Source of the DNA: Candidatus Omnitrophota bacterium | GTDB lineage: Bacteria; Omnitrophota; Gorgyraeia; JAFGHF01 | Length of the DNA: 64,000 nt | Assembly: GCA_020341815.1 (NCBI GenBank) | Contig: CP070837.1 | Span: 1,236,575 to 1,300,574, forward strand | Direction: 5' to 3' | Program-made: the position numbers and the translations under genes | In this document: positions 56,191-64,000 of the stretch, in pieces | Position numbering within the stretch: the first letter of the stretch is position 1 | How the letters are laid out: each line of letters starts with the position of its first letter | The notes under the pieces: generated by a model | Told to the model about the DNA's origin: nothing | What the model saw: only the letters and a program-made list of their open reading frames with translations | Database searches by the model: none

Positions 56191-56278
56191 GCATCAAAAC
56201 GTCCTTTACGACTTCCGGGTAGACTTCCGGGGACAGGTCACTTAATTCTGAATCGCAAGGACGGTTCTAATTCTTCCC

Positions 56279-56292
56279 CCGCCTCGCCGGTT
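56279..56292 (+). repeat. Linker-repeat copy located 3' of the giant-gene stop (non-coding context)
   Basis: cgcaaggacggttctaattcttcccccgcctcgccggtt compares with the in-frame copy at 42395-42432 (aaaaaagggaacggttctaattctttatccgcctcgccggtg) and with 43921-43956. Confidence 0.75.
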
Positions 56293-56408
56293 ACAGGAGA
56301 TACAGAAAAACGGTCGCTGTCCCTATTTTCTATAAAGGTATTCTTATTTCAGAAAGTCCCTATAAATAGGGATTAAGTGAAATGAGGTCTTTGGCTTCTT
56401 GCTACCTG

Positions 56409-56437
56409 CTTGACAAATAAAAGGTATTATGATAATC
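56409..56437 (+). promoter_or_regulatory. Sigma-70-like promoter for the downstream ABC transporter operon
   Basis: TTGACA (56409-56414), a 17-nt spacer, then TAATCT (-10-like). It sits ~50 nt upstream of the RBS AAAGGAGAAA and the GTG start at 56485. Confidence 0.45.
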
Positions 56438-56484
56438 TATATTACTATAATTAAGGCTTATTTAACTTCTTAAGAAAGGAGAAA

Positions 56485-57780
56485 GTGTTGGTGAAGAGGA
56501 CAGGCATATTCAGTATGTTATTAATCAGCTTAATAGTCTCCTTGGCGGGCTGCGGGCGTACGGAAACGAAAAAAGCGGATGTGGTTATCTGGCACTGGAT
56601 GACCGACCGAAAGAAGGCCTTTAACGAACTGGCGAAGAGGTATCAGGCGGAAAGCGGAAGACAGGTTGAGTTTAAGTTGTTCGCTCCTTCCGAAATATAT
56701 AGCCAGAAGGTGCGCGCGGCAACTCAGGCCGGGACATTGCCGGATATATACGGTATTTTGGGTGAAAAAAAGGATTTTGCTATCTTTGTTAAGGCCGGGC
56801 ACGTGCTTAATCTGAATACAGAGATGTCGGACAATATTCATGAGTGGAGAAATAAGTTCTTTTCCAAGGCCCTTATCGTTAATGAATTTGAGCCGAACAA
56901 TGAATTTGGCGCCCCGGCGGGAATTTACGGTGTGCCCATTGATGTCACCAATATCCAGATGCTTTATAATAAGGACCTGTTTAAGAAGGCAGGGCTGGAT
57001 CCCGAAAGCCCGCCGCAGACTTTTAGTGAGTTTATCACCGCCGGAAAGAAGCTGAAAAAAGCAGGCACACAGGGACTGGTTTCCGGATGGGCAGAGACCT
57101 GGATGATTGACTGCCTGGCCTCCAATTTTGCCTTTAATATAATGGGTGAGAAAAAGGTAATGCGCACCTATGCCGGAGAGGTCCCTTACACCGACCCGGA
57201 CTGGATTCGTGTATTTAGCCTTTTTAAGGAAATGGCCGACAGTGGTGTTTTAGCTAGCGGTATCGTTTCAATGAACAACAAGGATGCCGAGCAGAACTTT
57301 GCCAATGGACGTGCTGCCTTTGCCTTTAACGGTTCCTGGTGCGTGAACGTGTACAAGGGAATGAATCCCGATTTAAATTATGCGGCGATGTTTGTGCCGC
57401 GGGTTTCCGATGAATATCCGATGCTTATCTGGGGCGGGGCAGGCTCTTCCTTTATGGTCAATGCCCGTTCCGAAAATAAAGAAAAGGCCGTAGAATTTCT
57501 CAAATGGCTCACCGACGAAAAACAGCAGGCCTATTTAGCCCAGGATACCAATAACTTACCTGCCAATAAATATAGTTTAACTAATATTAGTCCGCTTCTT
57601 TCCCAGTTTGCTCAAACTATGGAGAACACCACTCATCCGAATATCTGGCCCCGGCATGAAAAAAGCGTAGTAATTGAGGCCTTTGATATCGGCATTCAGT
57701 CGATTATTCTGGGCACCAAAACACCTGAAGAAGTTGCCCGGGAGGTGCAGGAGGTCAAAGAAAGAGAAATGGCTAAGTGA
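56485..57780 (+). CDS. ABC transporter extracellular solute-binding lipoprotein (carbohydrate, family 1)
   Basis: Lipoprotein signal MLVKRTGIFSMLLISLIVSLAGC (lipobox LAGC). The length and the WHWMTD...LPDIY...GVPIDV...LYNKDLFKKAG pattern are typical of sugar SBPs. A good RBS is present; the start codon is GTG. Confidence 0.8.
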   Translation: MLVKRTGIFSMLLISLIVSLAGCGRTETKKADVVIWHWMTDRKKAFNELAKRYQAESGRQVEFKLFAPSEIYSQKVRAATQAGTLPDIYGILGEKKDFAIFVKAGHVLNLNTEMSDNIHEWRNKFFSKALIVNEFEPNNEFGAPAGIYGVPIDVTNIQMLYNKDLFKKAGLDPESPPQTFSEFITAGKKLKKAGTQGLVSGWAETWMIDCLASNFAFNIMGEKKVMRTYAGEVPYTDPDWIRVFSLFKEMADSGVLASGIVSMNNKDAEQNFANGRAAFAFNGSWCVNVYKGMNPDLNYAAMFVPRVSDEYPMLIWGGAGSSFMVNARSENKEKAVEFLKWLTDEKQQAYLAQDTNNLPANKYSLTNISPLLSQFAQTMENTTHPNIWPRHEKSVVIEAFDIGIQSIILGTKTPEEVAREVQEVKEREMAK

Positions 57781-58658
57781 GGCTTAAAAGATCTACAGCA
57801 GAAAATTACCTGTTTATACTTCCGGCGGTAATAATTTTTGCCATCTTTTATATATATCCTTTTTATGCCACTTTCAATCTGGGCCTGCGCGCCTGGGACG
57901 GGGTTTCGCCGGTAAGCCAGCTCGTGGGTTTGAGGAATTTTAAAGAGGTGTTGTTTCAGGACCGCCTCTGGTGGCCGTCAATGTGGCATGCCACTTATAT
58001 TACTTTAATTGCCTTAACCCTTCAGAATGCCCTGGCACTGGCCTTGGCTTTGGCTTGTGACCGGCAGATAAAATTAGGCAACTTTTACCGGCTGATTTTC
58101 TTCATCCCGCCGGTATTATCGGAAGTGGTGGTTGGTTTAGTCTGGAAATGGATTTATAACGGTGATTACGGCTTGCTTAATTACTGGCTGACGAATATAG
58201 GTCTGGGGCACCTTGCGCGTTCCTGGCTGTCTAACCCCCAGACTGCCTTAACGTGTGTGGCCGTTATCCATTCCTGGAAAGGATTCGGCTGGGGCTTTAT
58301 AATTCTTTTGGCGGGCCTGCAGACTATTCCCCGGCAATTGTATGAAGCCGCCCGGGTTGACGGAGCCAATTCCTGGCAGCGGTTCTGGCATGTTACTATA
58401 CCTCTGATGGTGCCTGTTTTTGTATTGGTGTCTATTCTTACCATTCTCGGTTCAATGCAGGCCTTTGTTTTGATTTTGACGATGACGGGGGGCAGTCCCG
58501 CTTTAGGATGTTCTGTGCCGGTAACCAGGATTCTGGGCTCTATGCGAGCGTCTTTACGTTTTGGGTATGCCTGCGCCCAGGGTATTATTTTCGGTCTTAT
58601 CCTTCTGGCGCTTTCTTTTATGCAGATTCGTATTTCCAAAAAGATGAAACAGGCTTAA
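57777..58658 (+). CDS. Carbohydrate ABC transporter permease (MalF/UgpA-type)
   Basis: Six predicted TM helices. EAA loop LYEAARVDGANSWQRFWHVTIPLMVP. 4-nt start/stop overlap with the SBP gene. Confidence 0.8.
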   Translation: MRLKRSTAENYLFILPAVIIFAIFYIYPFYATFNLGLRAWDGVSPVSQLVGLRNFKEVLFQDRLWWPSMWHATYITLIALTLQNALALALALACDRQIKLGNFYRLIFFIPPVLSEVVVGLVWKWIYNGDYGLLNYWLTNIGLGHLARSWLSNPQTALTCVAVIHSWKGFGWGFIILLAGLQTIPRQLYEAARVDGANSWQRFWHVTIPLMVPVFVLVSILTILGSMQAFVLILTMTGGSPALGCSVPVTRILGSMRASLRFGYACAQGIIFGLILLALSFMQIRISKKMKQA

Positions 58659-58665
58659 GACAAAT

Positions 58666-59523
58666 ATGAATCACAAAAGAAACGATATAAAATATAAGGT
58701 GAGAAGATTTAGCTCCGGGGCTATGGTCAATCTGTTTTTGCTTCTTATAGCCATAAGCTGTCTGTTTCCTCTTTTGTGGATGTTCGGCTCAAGCCTGAAG
58801 ACGCAGGCCACGGTCTTTTCCGATATGTCCATAATCCCCAAGGTCCTGCACTGGGGAAATTACTATCGGGCCTGGACAGAAGGCAACTTCGGGGTTTATT
58901 TCTTAAACAGTGTATTGTATACGGTGAGCGTGGTGATAGGTATAGTTTTAGTTTCATCATTGGCCGCCTATGCCTTCTCGCGCCTGCAATTTCCCGGAAA
59001 GAACTTTTTCTTCTATATGTTTCTGGCGGCAATGATGATTCCCCTTCCGGGAAGCTTTGTGCCATTATATGTTTTGATGGACAAGCTTCACCTGCGCAAT
59101 ACCCCCCACGGGTATATTCTCTGCTTGATTAACGTGGGACTTTCCTTAAGCATCTTTCTTTTAAAGACCTTTTTTGATAAAATGCCCACGGACTTAGAAG
59201 ACGCCGCGCGCATCGACGGATGCAGTAAGCTGGGTATCTGGTGGAACGTGGCGCTTCCTTTGGCGAAGCCGGCGCTGGCGGTAATCGTAATCTTCAACTC
59301 CTTGAATGTGTGGAACGAATATATCCTTGCCCTTATCCTTTTTGATGACGCAAAATTTATGCCTTTACAGGTGGGGCTGGCTACCTTTCACGGAGAATTT
59401 GTCACCCAATACCATCTTTTGATGGCCGGAGTAACTATTACGGTAATTCCGATACTGCTAATTTATATATTTATGCAGAAGCACATTGTCAAGGGCTTGA
59501 CTGCCGGAGCGATTGTGGGGTAG
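58666..59523 (+). CDS. Carbohydrate ABC transporter permease (MalG/UgpE-type)
   Basis: EAA loop DLEDAARIDGCSKLGIWWNVALPLAKPALAV; TM-rich. Confidence 0.8.
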   Translation: MNHKRNDIKYKVRRFSSGAMVNLFLLLIAISCLFPLLWMFGSSLKTQATVFSDMSIIPKVLHWGNYYRAWTEGNFGVYFLNSVLYTVSVVIGIVLVSSLAAYAFSRLQFPGKNFFFYMFLAAMMIPLPGSFVPLYVLMDKLHLRNTPHGYILCLINVGLSLSIFLLKTFFDKMPTDLEDAARIDGCSKLGIWWNVALPLAKPALAVIVIFNSLNVWNEYILALILFDDAKFMPLQVGLATFHGEFVTQYHLLMAGVTITVIPILLIYIFMQKHIVKGLTAGAIVG

Positions 59524-59524
59524 G

Positions 59525-60025
59525 ATGTTTTACGAGAGCATTTTTAGGCAGTTAAATAAATATCGGGTTGAGTATCTGGTTGCCGGTGGGGTAGCTGTAG
59601 TTTTACACGGAATAGTGAGATTTACGGCTGATTTGGATATTTTTGCGAAGTTAAGCTTTGAGAATTGGGATAAGTTTATTCGGGCAATGAAAGAATTGGG
59701 TTATAAAGCAAAGCTACCAGTGAAGCTGGAAGACTTTGCCGAAGAAAGCAAGCGAAAAGAATGGATAGCAAAAAAGAATATGAAAGTCTTTTCTTTTTAC
59801 CATCCTAAAAAACATTTAGAATTAATTGACATCTTTGTTAAGGAATATATCGATTTTGATGCAGCATATAAACGTAGAAAGATGGTAAGGGCAAAAGATA
59901 TCAATATCCCTGTTGTTTGCATCAAAGACCTTAAAAAACTAAAAAAGATTGCCGGACGGCCTCAGGATTTAGCCGACATTGGTTCGCTTGAAGAATTAGA
60001 GAGAATAGAAAAAGGTAAAAAATGA
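59525..60025 (+). CDS. Small nucleotidyltransferase-fold-like protein (minimal NTase / DUF-type). The ORF track starts it at TTG 59513; ATG 59525 is preferred.
   Basis: YLVAGGVAVVLHGIVRFTADLDIF resembles a GG...HG..R.T.D.D NTase-like motif. ~167 aa. Confidence 0.4.
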   Translation: MFYESIFRQLNKYRVEYLVAGGVAVVLHGIVRFTADLDIFAKLSFENWDKFIRAMKELGYKAKLPVKLEDFAEESKRKEWIAKKNMKVFSFYHPKKHLELIDIFVKEYIDFDAAYKRRKMVRAKDINIPVVCIKDLKKLKKIAGRPQDLADIGSLEELERIEKGKK

Positions 60026-60200
60026 GTAAAGGTAAAGTTAGAGGTTTTGGTTTTCAGCTTGACCGCGAGAAGATCTTATTATATAAAGACAGTCCTGCAT
60101 GGGAAAAATTGCAATGGCTGGAAGAAGCTAATCGCTTCTGTCAAAAATTTGTTACCGGCAGGCGCCGCAAAATATGGGAGAGTATCCGCCGAGGATAATT

Positions 60201-62504
60201 ATGAAAAAAAATTGTCTGCTTATTTTGGCTATACTGTTAATTCTCTTGCAGGCAGGTCTTGTCTGCGCCGAATATGATTTCGGGGATGAGTCTTCCAGTT
60301 ATCTGGCTATGAAGGCCTGGGAGGCCCTGGGAAAGAAGGATTACGAAGCTGTCTGGGCCTATACGCAGAAGTGTATAGACCTTTATCAGAAGGAAGCACG
60401 CAGGCAGCAGAGTTCCTTAAGCGCTTTCCCCGCCCGGGAAAAACAAATGATTTTCAATGTCTTGAATAATGTAGCCACCTGTTATTTTATTCGGGCAGAA
60501 GTGCTGATGCGCCAGAATAAATTGGAAGAGGCGCGTGAGACTTTTCAGATAATTATAGAGGATTATAGCTTTGCCCAGTACTGGGATCCCCGCGGCTGGT
60601 TCTGGAAGGTAGCGGAAAAAAGCCAGGAGAGCATTGAGAAGATTGACCAGCAGATTAAAGGGGGAGCAGAACCCGGAAAGGAAATTAAACCCAAGGCGCA
60701 GGCATCTAAGTTAGTGCTTTTTGACCCCGGAAGCGAGAAGCTTGTCGATTATTCTAAATATGGTAAATTTGAAAATGCGGGCACAAAAGATTACCGCTAC
60801 GAAATTACCGACCCTGTTGGTCTGGCCAGGGCTTGCGGCGAAGGAGTCTACCCAAACAGCACATCCGTGCGCCGCTCCCCGGGTTATATTGCGCTAAAGG
60901 GAAGCCAGCGGCTTAAGGGAAACCACTGGGATTTTCTTTACACAGATGATATGCAGGCCAATTTCTACAAATGGAATACCGCTCCCGAGCCCCCGGGTGT
61001 AAAGCAATTTTATATCGCTTTTATTCTTGAGCGCGCCGGACTGATGGAGCAGGCCGTCAAGGCCTATTATTCAATAGTGGTGCATTTTCCTGAAGCTGTC
61101 GGCTGGACTTATTGGCATACGCCATGGTATATTGGCCCTGTGGCGATAAGCAAAATCAATTACATTTTAAGGCATCATCCTGAGCTGGGAATGAAGCTGG
61201 AGGAGGCCAGGATTAAGATTGAGAATTCCTTCGATAACGATGTGCGCAATGATGTGGTCATTTGTAATCCCGGGCGTCTGATTAAATGTCCGCCTGATGA
61301 GGTTGTTTCAGGGCGACAGAAGGATGTAGATGGGCTAAAGATTATTAAGCGCATCGGCAGTAAGCATACTCAGCTGGTTCAGTATACAAACGGACACTGG
61401 CAGTTATTGGTCGATGGGAAACCCTTTCCCGTGCGCGCGGTGACATATTCGCCGACGAAGATTGGCCAGAGCCCCGACGAAGGCACGCTGGGCAACTGGA
61501 TGGAAGAAGATTTTAATCGGAACGGAAAAATTGACGGGCCGTATGATGCCTGGGTGGATAAAAACGGAAATAATATCCAGGATAGAGGCGAGCGCAGCGT
61601 AGGCGACTTCCAGTTAATGAAAGAGATGGGCGTTAATTGCATCCGTGTTTATCATCATCCCCAGAAGGTAAGTAAAAAATTACTTGGCGATTTATATAAG
61701 AAGTATGGTATTATGACTATTATGGGAGATTTTCTGGGTGCCTATACTCTTGGCAGCGGGGCAACCTGGTATGAAGGCACCGATTATGCAAACCCCGAGC
61801 ATCAAAAAAATATGCTGGACAGCGTAGAGAAGATGGTGAATGAATTTAAGAATGAACCCTGGGTTTTGTTTTGGCTGTTAGGAAATGAAAATAATTACGG
61901 CGTTGCCAATAATGCCAAAAAGAATCCCCGCGCTTATTATCAATTTGTAAATCGGGCGGCAAAGCTCGTGCATGAGCTCGACCCTACGCGAGCGGTGGCT
62001 GTCTGCAATGGCGATGTGCTCTTTTTGGATATCTTTGCTCAGGAGACGCCGGAGGTAGATATCTTCGGGGCCAATGCCTATCGGGGTAAAGAGGGCTTTG
62101 GTAACTTCTGGCAGGATGTTAAAGAAGTCACCGGCAAGGCTGCGGTGATTACCGAATACGGTTGCGGGGCATATATTCAAGGTAAAGATTCCCAGGCGCG
62201 CGCCGAAGAGGCGCAGGCCGAATATCACGAAGGCAACTGGGAGGACATAGAGTATAATATGGCCGGCAGCGGTGCGGGATGCGCCCTGGGAGGCATAATC
62301 TTCGAATGGCTGGATGAGTGGTGGAAGGCCTATGAGCCGGCGCGCCATGATGGGAAGGGTCAGTTCTACGGTCCTTTTCCCGATGGGTTTATGCATGAGG
62401 AATGGCTGGGTATATGCGGCCAGGGTAACGGAAGCCAAAGCCCATTTTTGCGCAATTTACGCAAGAGTTATTATACTTATAAAGAATTATGGAGCAGAGA
62501 GTAA
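60201..62504 (+). CDS. Secreted glycoside hydrolase, GH2-like TIM-barrel catalytic region with an N-terminal helical (TPR-like) region. The ORF track starts it at 60174; a signal peptide follows Met-10 at 60201.
   Basis: Signal peptide MKKNCLLILAILLILLQAGLVCA. VNCIRVYHHPQ...EPWVLFWLLGNENNYG...AVITEYGCGAY parallels the GH2 barrel blocks (N.VR.SHYP ... WS.GNE ... TEYG). Confidence 0.5.
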   Translation: MKKNCLLILAILLILLQAGLVCAEYDFGDESSSYLAMKAWEALGKKDYEAVWAYTQKCIDLYQKEARRQQSSLSAFPAREKQMIFNVLNNVATCYFIRAEVLMRQNKLEEARETFQIIIEDYSFAQYWDPRGWFWKVAEKSQESIEKIDQQIKGGAEPGKEIKPKAQASKLVLFDPGSEKLVDYSKYGKFENAGTKDYRYEITDPVGLARACGEGVYPNSTSVRRSPGYIALKGSQRLKGNHWDFLYTDDMQANFYKWNTAPEPPGVKQFYIAFILERAGLMEQAVKAYYSIVVHFPEAVGWTYWHTPWYIGPVAISKINYILRHHPELGMKLEEARIKIENSFDNDVRNDVVICNPGRLIKCPPDEVVSGRQKDVDGLKIIKRIGSKHTQLVQYTNGHWQLLVDGKPFPVRAVTYSPTKIGQSPDEGTLGNWMEEDFNRNGKIDGPYDAWVDKNGNNIQDRGERSVGDFQLMKEMGVNCIRVYHHPQKVSKKLLGDLYKKYGIMTIMGDFLGAYTLGSGATWYEGTDYANPEHQKNMLDSVEKMVNEFKNEPWVLFWLLGNENNYGVANNAKKNPRAYYQFVNRAAKLVHELDPTRAVAVCNGDVLFLDIFAQETPEVDIFGANAYRGKEGFGNFWQDVKEVTGKAAVITEYGCGAYIQGKDSQARAEEAQAEYHEGNWEDIEYNMAGSGAGCALGGIIFEWLDEWWKAYEPARHDGKGQFYGPFPDGFMHEEWLGICGQGNGSQSPFLRNLRKSYYTYKELWSRE

Positions 62505-62616
62505 CCTCTCCAGATCGGTAGGAGGTGATGCATAGCGACGACAACTCGGGGGCGGCAACATTTAACTTAGTATTAAGTCATAAGTTGTAAGTTTTAGAAG
62601 AAGGAGGAAAAAACAA

Positions 62617-63933
62617 ATGAAGAAGAACTTGCCTTATTTTTTGGTGATTGCTGCGCTAATATTCTTGATTATCGGTGTGCTTAGCTCGGGGAAAGAAAGA
62701 ACTCCCTCGATTACGCCCGTTGTGGAGCAGAGCTTGTTGGAGAGTAAAGAGATTGCCAAAGAGGTTCAGATCGAAGAACCTGAGGCGCCATTCTCTTTTA
62801 GTACGGAAAGCACCCCTGTCGAAGCTGCCCAGGAGCAAAGGCCTGTTTTTAAATCTTTAGATAAGATCTTCAACGTTTATACGGATAAACGTGCCCCCGA
62901 TAACCATTTTGCCCCTTCGGGCTGGATGGGCGACTTCGGAGACGTAAGTTTAAATGACCAATATATGAAGGAACCTCACTCAGGAAGTACCTCTATCCAG
63001 ATATCTTATTCGGCTGAAAGGAGTCAGGGAGCTGGCTGGGCAGGTATGTTCTGGCAGAATCCGCCGAACAACTGGGGCGAGAAAATGGGCGGTTTTGATC
63101 TTACCGGATACAACAAACTCACCTTCTGGGCCCGCGGGGAAAATGGCGGAGAAGCCATTGAAAAAGTTAAGGTAGGCGGCATCAAGGGCACTTATCCCGA
63201 TTCTCTGGAAGTAGGAATAGGTCCGCTGGTTTTGAGCAACGAGTGGAAGGAATACAGCATTAATCTGGTTGATCAGGACTTGTCCTATGTAAGCGGTGGA
63301 TTTTGTTGGATTAGCGCCAGCCGCCTTAATCCCAATGGCGCAACTTTCTATTTTGACGATATCAGGTTTGAGTATGATCCCTATCTTCAGCCTCAGGTAG
63401 AGAATACACCTGAAGAGATGCCTTTTAATGTTTACACGGAAAGAAGCTCTGTGTTCAATCACTTTATTCCTTCGGGCTGGATGGGCGACTATAGTGATTT
63501 AAAGATTGATGAGGCCTGGACTGCGGATCCTCATTCCGGAGTCACCTGTTTGAGAGTTGTCTATTCGGGAAAAGTTTCGCAAGGTGCCCGCTGGGCAGGT
63601 ATGTTCTGGCAGAATCCGCCGAACAACTGGGGTCAGGTTAAAGATGCAGGTTTTGACTTATCCCAAGCCAGAAAGCTCACCTTCTGGGCCCGCGGGGAAA
63701 ATGGCGGAGAAAGAATTGAGGAATTTAAGATGGGGGGCATCAGCGGCGATTATGGTGATTCCGATACCGCCGGAATCGGTCCGGTTATGCTTACGCCCGA
63801 ATGGAAACAATATACCATCGACTTAAGCGGTAAAGACCTCTCTTATATTATCGGCGGGTTTTGCTTCTCCACCAATGTGGATGTCAATCCTGAGGGTTGC
63901 ATATTTTACCTGGATGATATAAAATACGAATAG
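62617..63933 (+). CDS. Signal-anchored secreted protein with two tandem ~170-aa repeats (putative carbohydrate-binding beta-sandwich modules)
   Basis: RBS GAAGGAGG. The N-terminal hydrophobic helix is LPYFLVIAALIFLIIGVL. Internal duplication: FNVYTDKRAPDNHFAPSGWMGDFGD...GWAGMFWQNPPNNWG...LTFWARGENGGE...YFDDIRFEYD and FNVYTERSSVFNHFIPSGWMGDYSD...RWAGMFWQNPPNNWG...LTFWARGENGGE...YLDDIKYE. Confidence 0.6.
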   Translation: MKKNLPYFLVIAALIFLIIGVLSSGKERTPSITPVVEQSLLESKEIAKEVQIEEPEAPFSFSTESTPVEAAQEQRPVFKSLDKIFNVYTDKRAPDNHFAPSGWMGDFGDVSLNDQYMKEPHSGSTSIQISYSAERSQGAGWAGMFWQNPPNNWGEKMGGFDLTGYNKLTFWARGENGGEAIEKVKVGGIKGTYPDSLEVGIGPLVLSNEWKEYSINLVDQDLSYVSGGFCWISASRLNPNGATFYFDDIRFEYDPYLQPQVENTPEEMPFNVYTERSSVFNHFIPSGWMGDYSDLKIDEAWTADPHSGVTCLRVVYSGKVSQGARWAGMFWQNPPNNWGQVKDAGFDLSQARKLTFWARGENGGERIEEFKMGGISGDYGDSDTAGIGPVMLTPEWKQYTIDLSGKDLSYIIGGFCFSTNVDVNPEGCIFYLDDIKYE

Positions 63934-64000
63934 TATAATGAGAAAAGCAAAACTTATTTTGACTGCAACGATAGCACTGCTTTGTCTGATTCTGGGGTTA

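Noticed and set aside
36319-56292. Possible CRISPR array, given the many copies of a short GC-rich repeat
   Set aside because: The repeat core is only ~12-14 nt. Spacing is irregular, from hundreds to thousands of nt. All copies but one are in-frame coding, and there are no cas genes. This is not a CRISPR.
56191-56300. Rho-independent terminator after the giant gene
   Set aside because: No convincing GC-rich stem followed by a T-tract was found; only a direct 10-mer repeat.
58181-59297. Antisense ORFs within the permease genes (58181-58639, 58745-59065, 59088-59297), plus the 58776-59132 ORF on the + strand in another frame
   Set aside because: These are GC-rich shadow ORFs opposite well-supported membrane-permease genes, or out of frame on the same strand.
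60047-60277. 76-aa ORF overlapping the start of the glycoside hydrolase gene
   Set aside because: It is out of frame, overlaps a gene with a clear signal peptide, and has no motif. It is likely spurious.

Overview
The window is dominated by one uninterrupted + strand ORF (frame 1). It is open from nt 1, so it is 5'-truncated by the window edge; the first in-window start-like codon is TTG at 25, and it ends at TAA 56188-56190. That is at least 18.7k codons, making this a 'giant gene' in AT-rich DNA (roughly 33-35% GC by eye). The encoded protein is a mosaic of many unrelated, normally free-standing domain types. Recognisable ones include HEAT repeats, a YkgJ-type CxxCxxCC domain, two B12-binding radical-SAM domains, several sigma-70 region-4/LuxR-like HTHs and a Fis-type HTH. 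There is also a ROK-type sugar-kinase domain fused to a PRTase domain, TPR repeats, a ParB/Srx-like domain and a complete SecA-like DEAD-motor ATPase. Three HExxH metalloprotease-like modules are present (two in transmembrane context, one M48-like), plus an HD-GYP domain and a Kdo-transferase (GT30)-like domain, along with several large internal duplications. The modules are separated by a recurring short in-frame linker, S-S-P-[VAI] / A-S-P-V. It is encoded by a DNA-level conserved repeat (core GCCTCGCCGGTG; a longer ~85-nt form with a hairpin occurs 3 times), and one copy lies just 3' of the stop codon. Two of the inter-linker modules are antisense two-gene cassettes (a small DUF-like protein plus a retropepsin-like aspartic protease with DTGAS/DSGAD motifs). 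The giant frame stays stop-free across both. Downstream, on visibly GC-richer DNA, lies a conventional operon with a sigma-70-like promoter. It encodes a sugar ABC lipoprotein binding protein, two permeases, a small nucleotidyltransferase-like protein, a GH2-like glycoside hydrolase and a secreted protein with two tandem ~170-aa repeats. Giant-gene-bearing uncultivated lineages such as Omnitrophota are a plausible but unverified source. All domain coordinates are approximate, anchored by eye on the nucleotide text.
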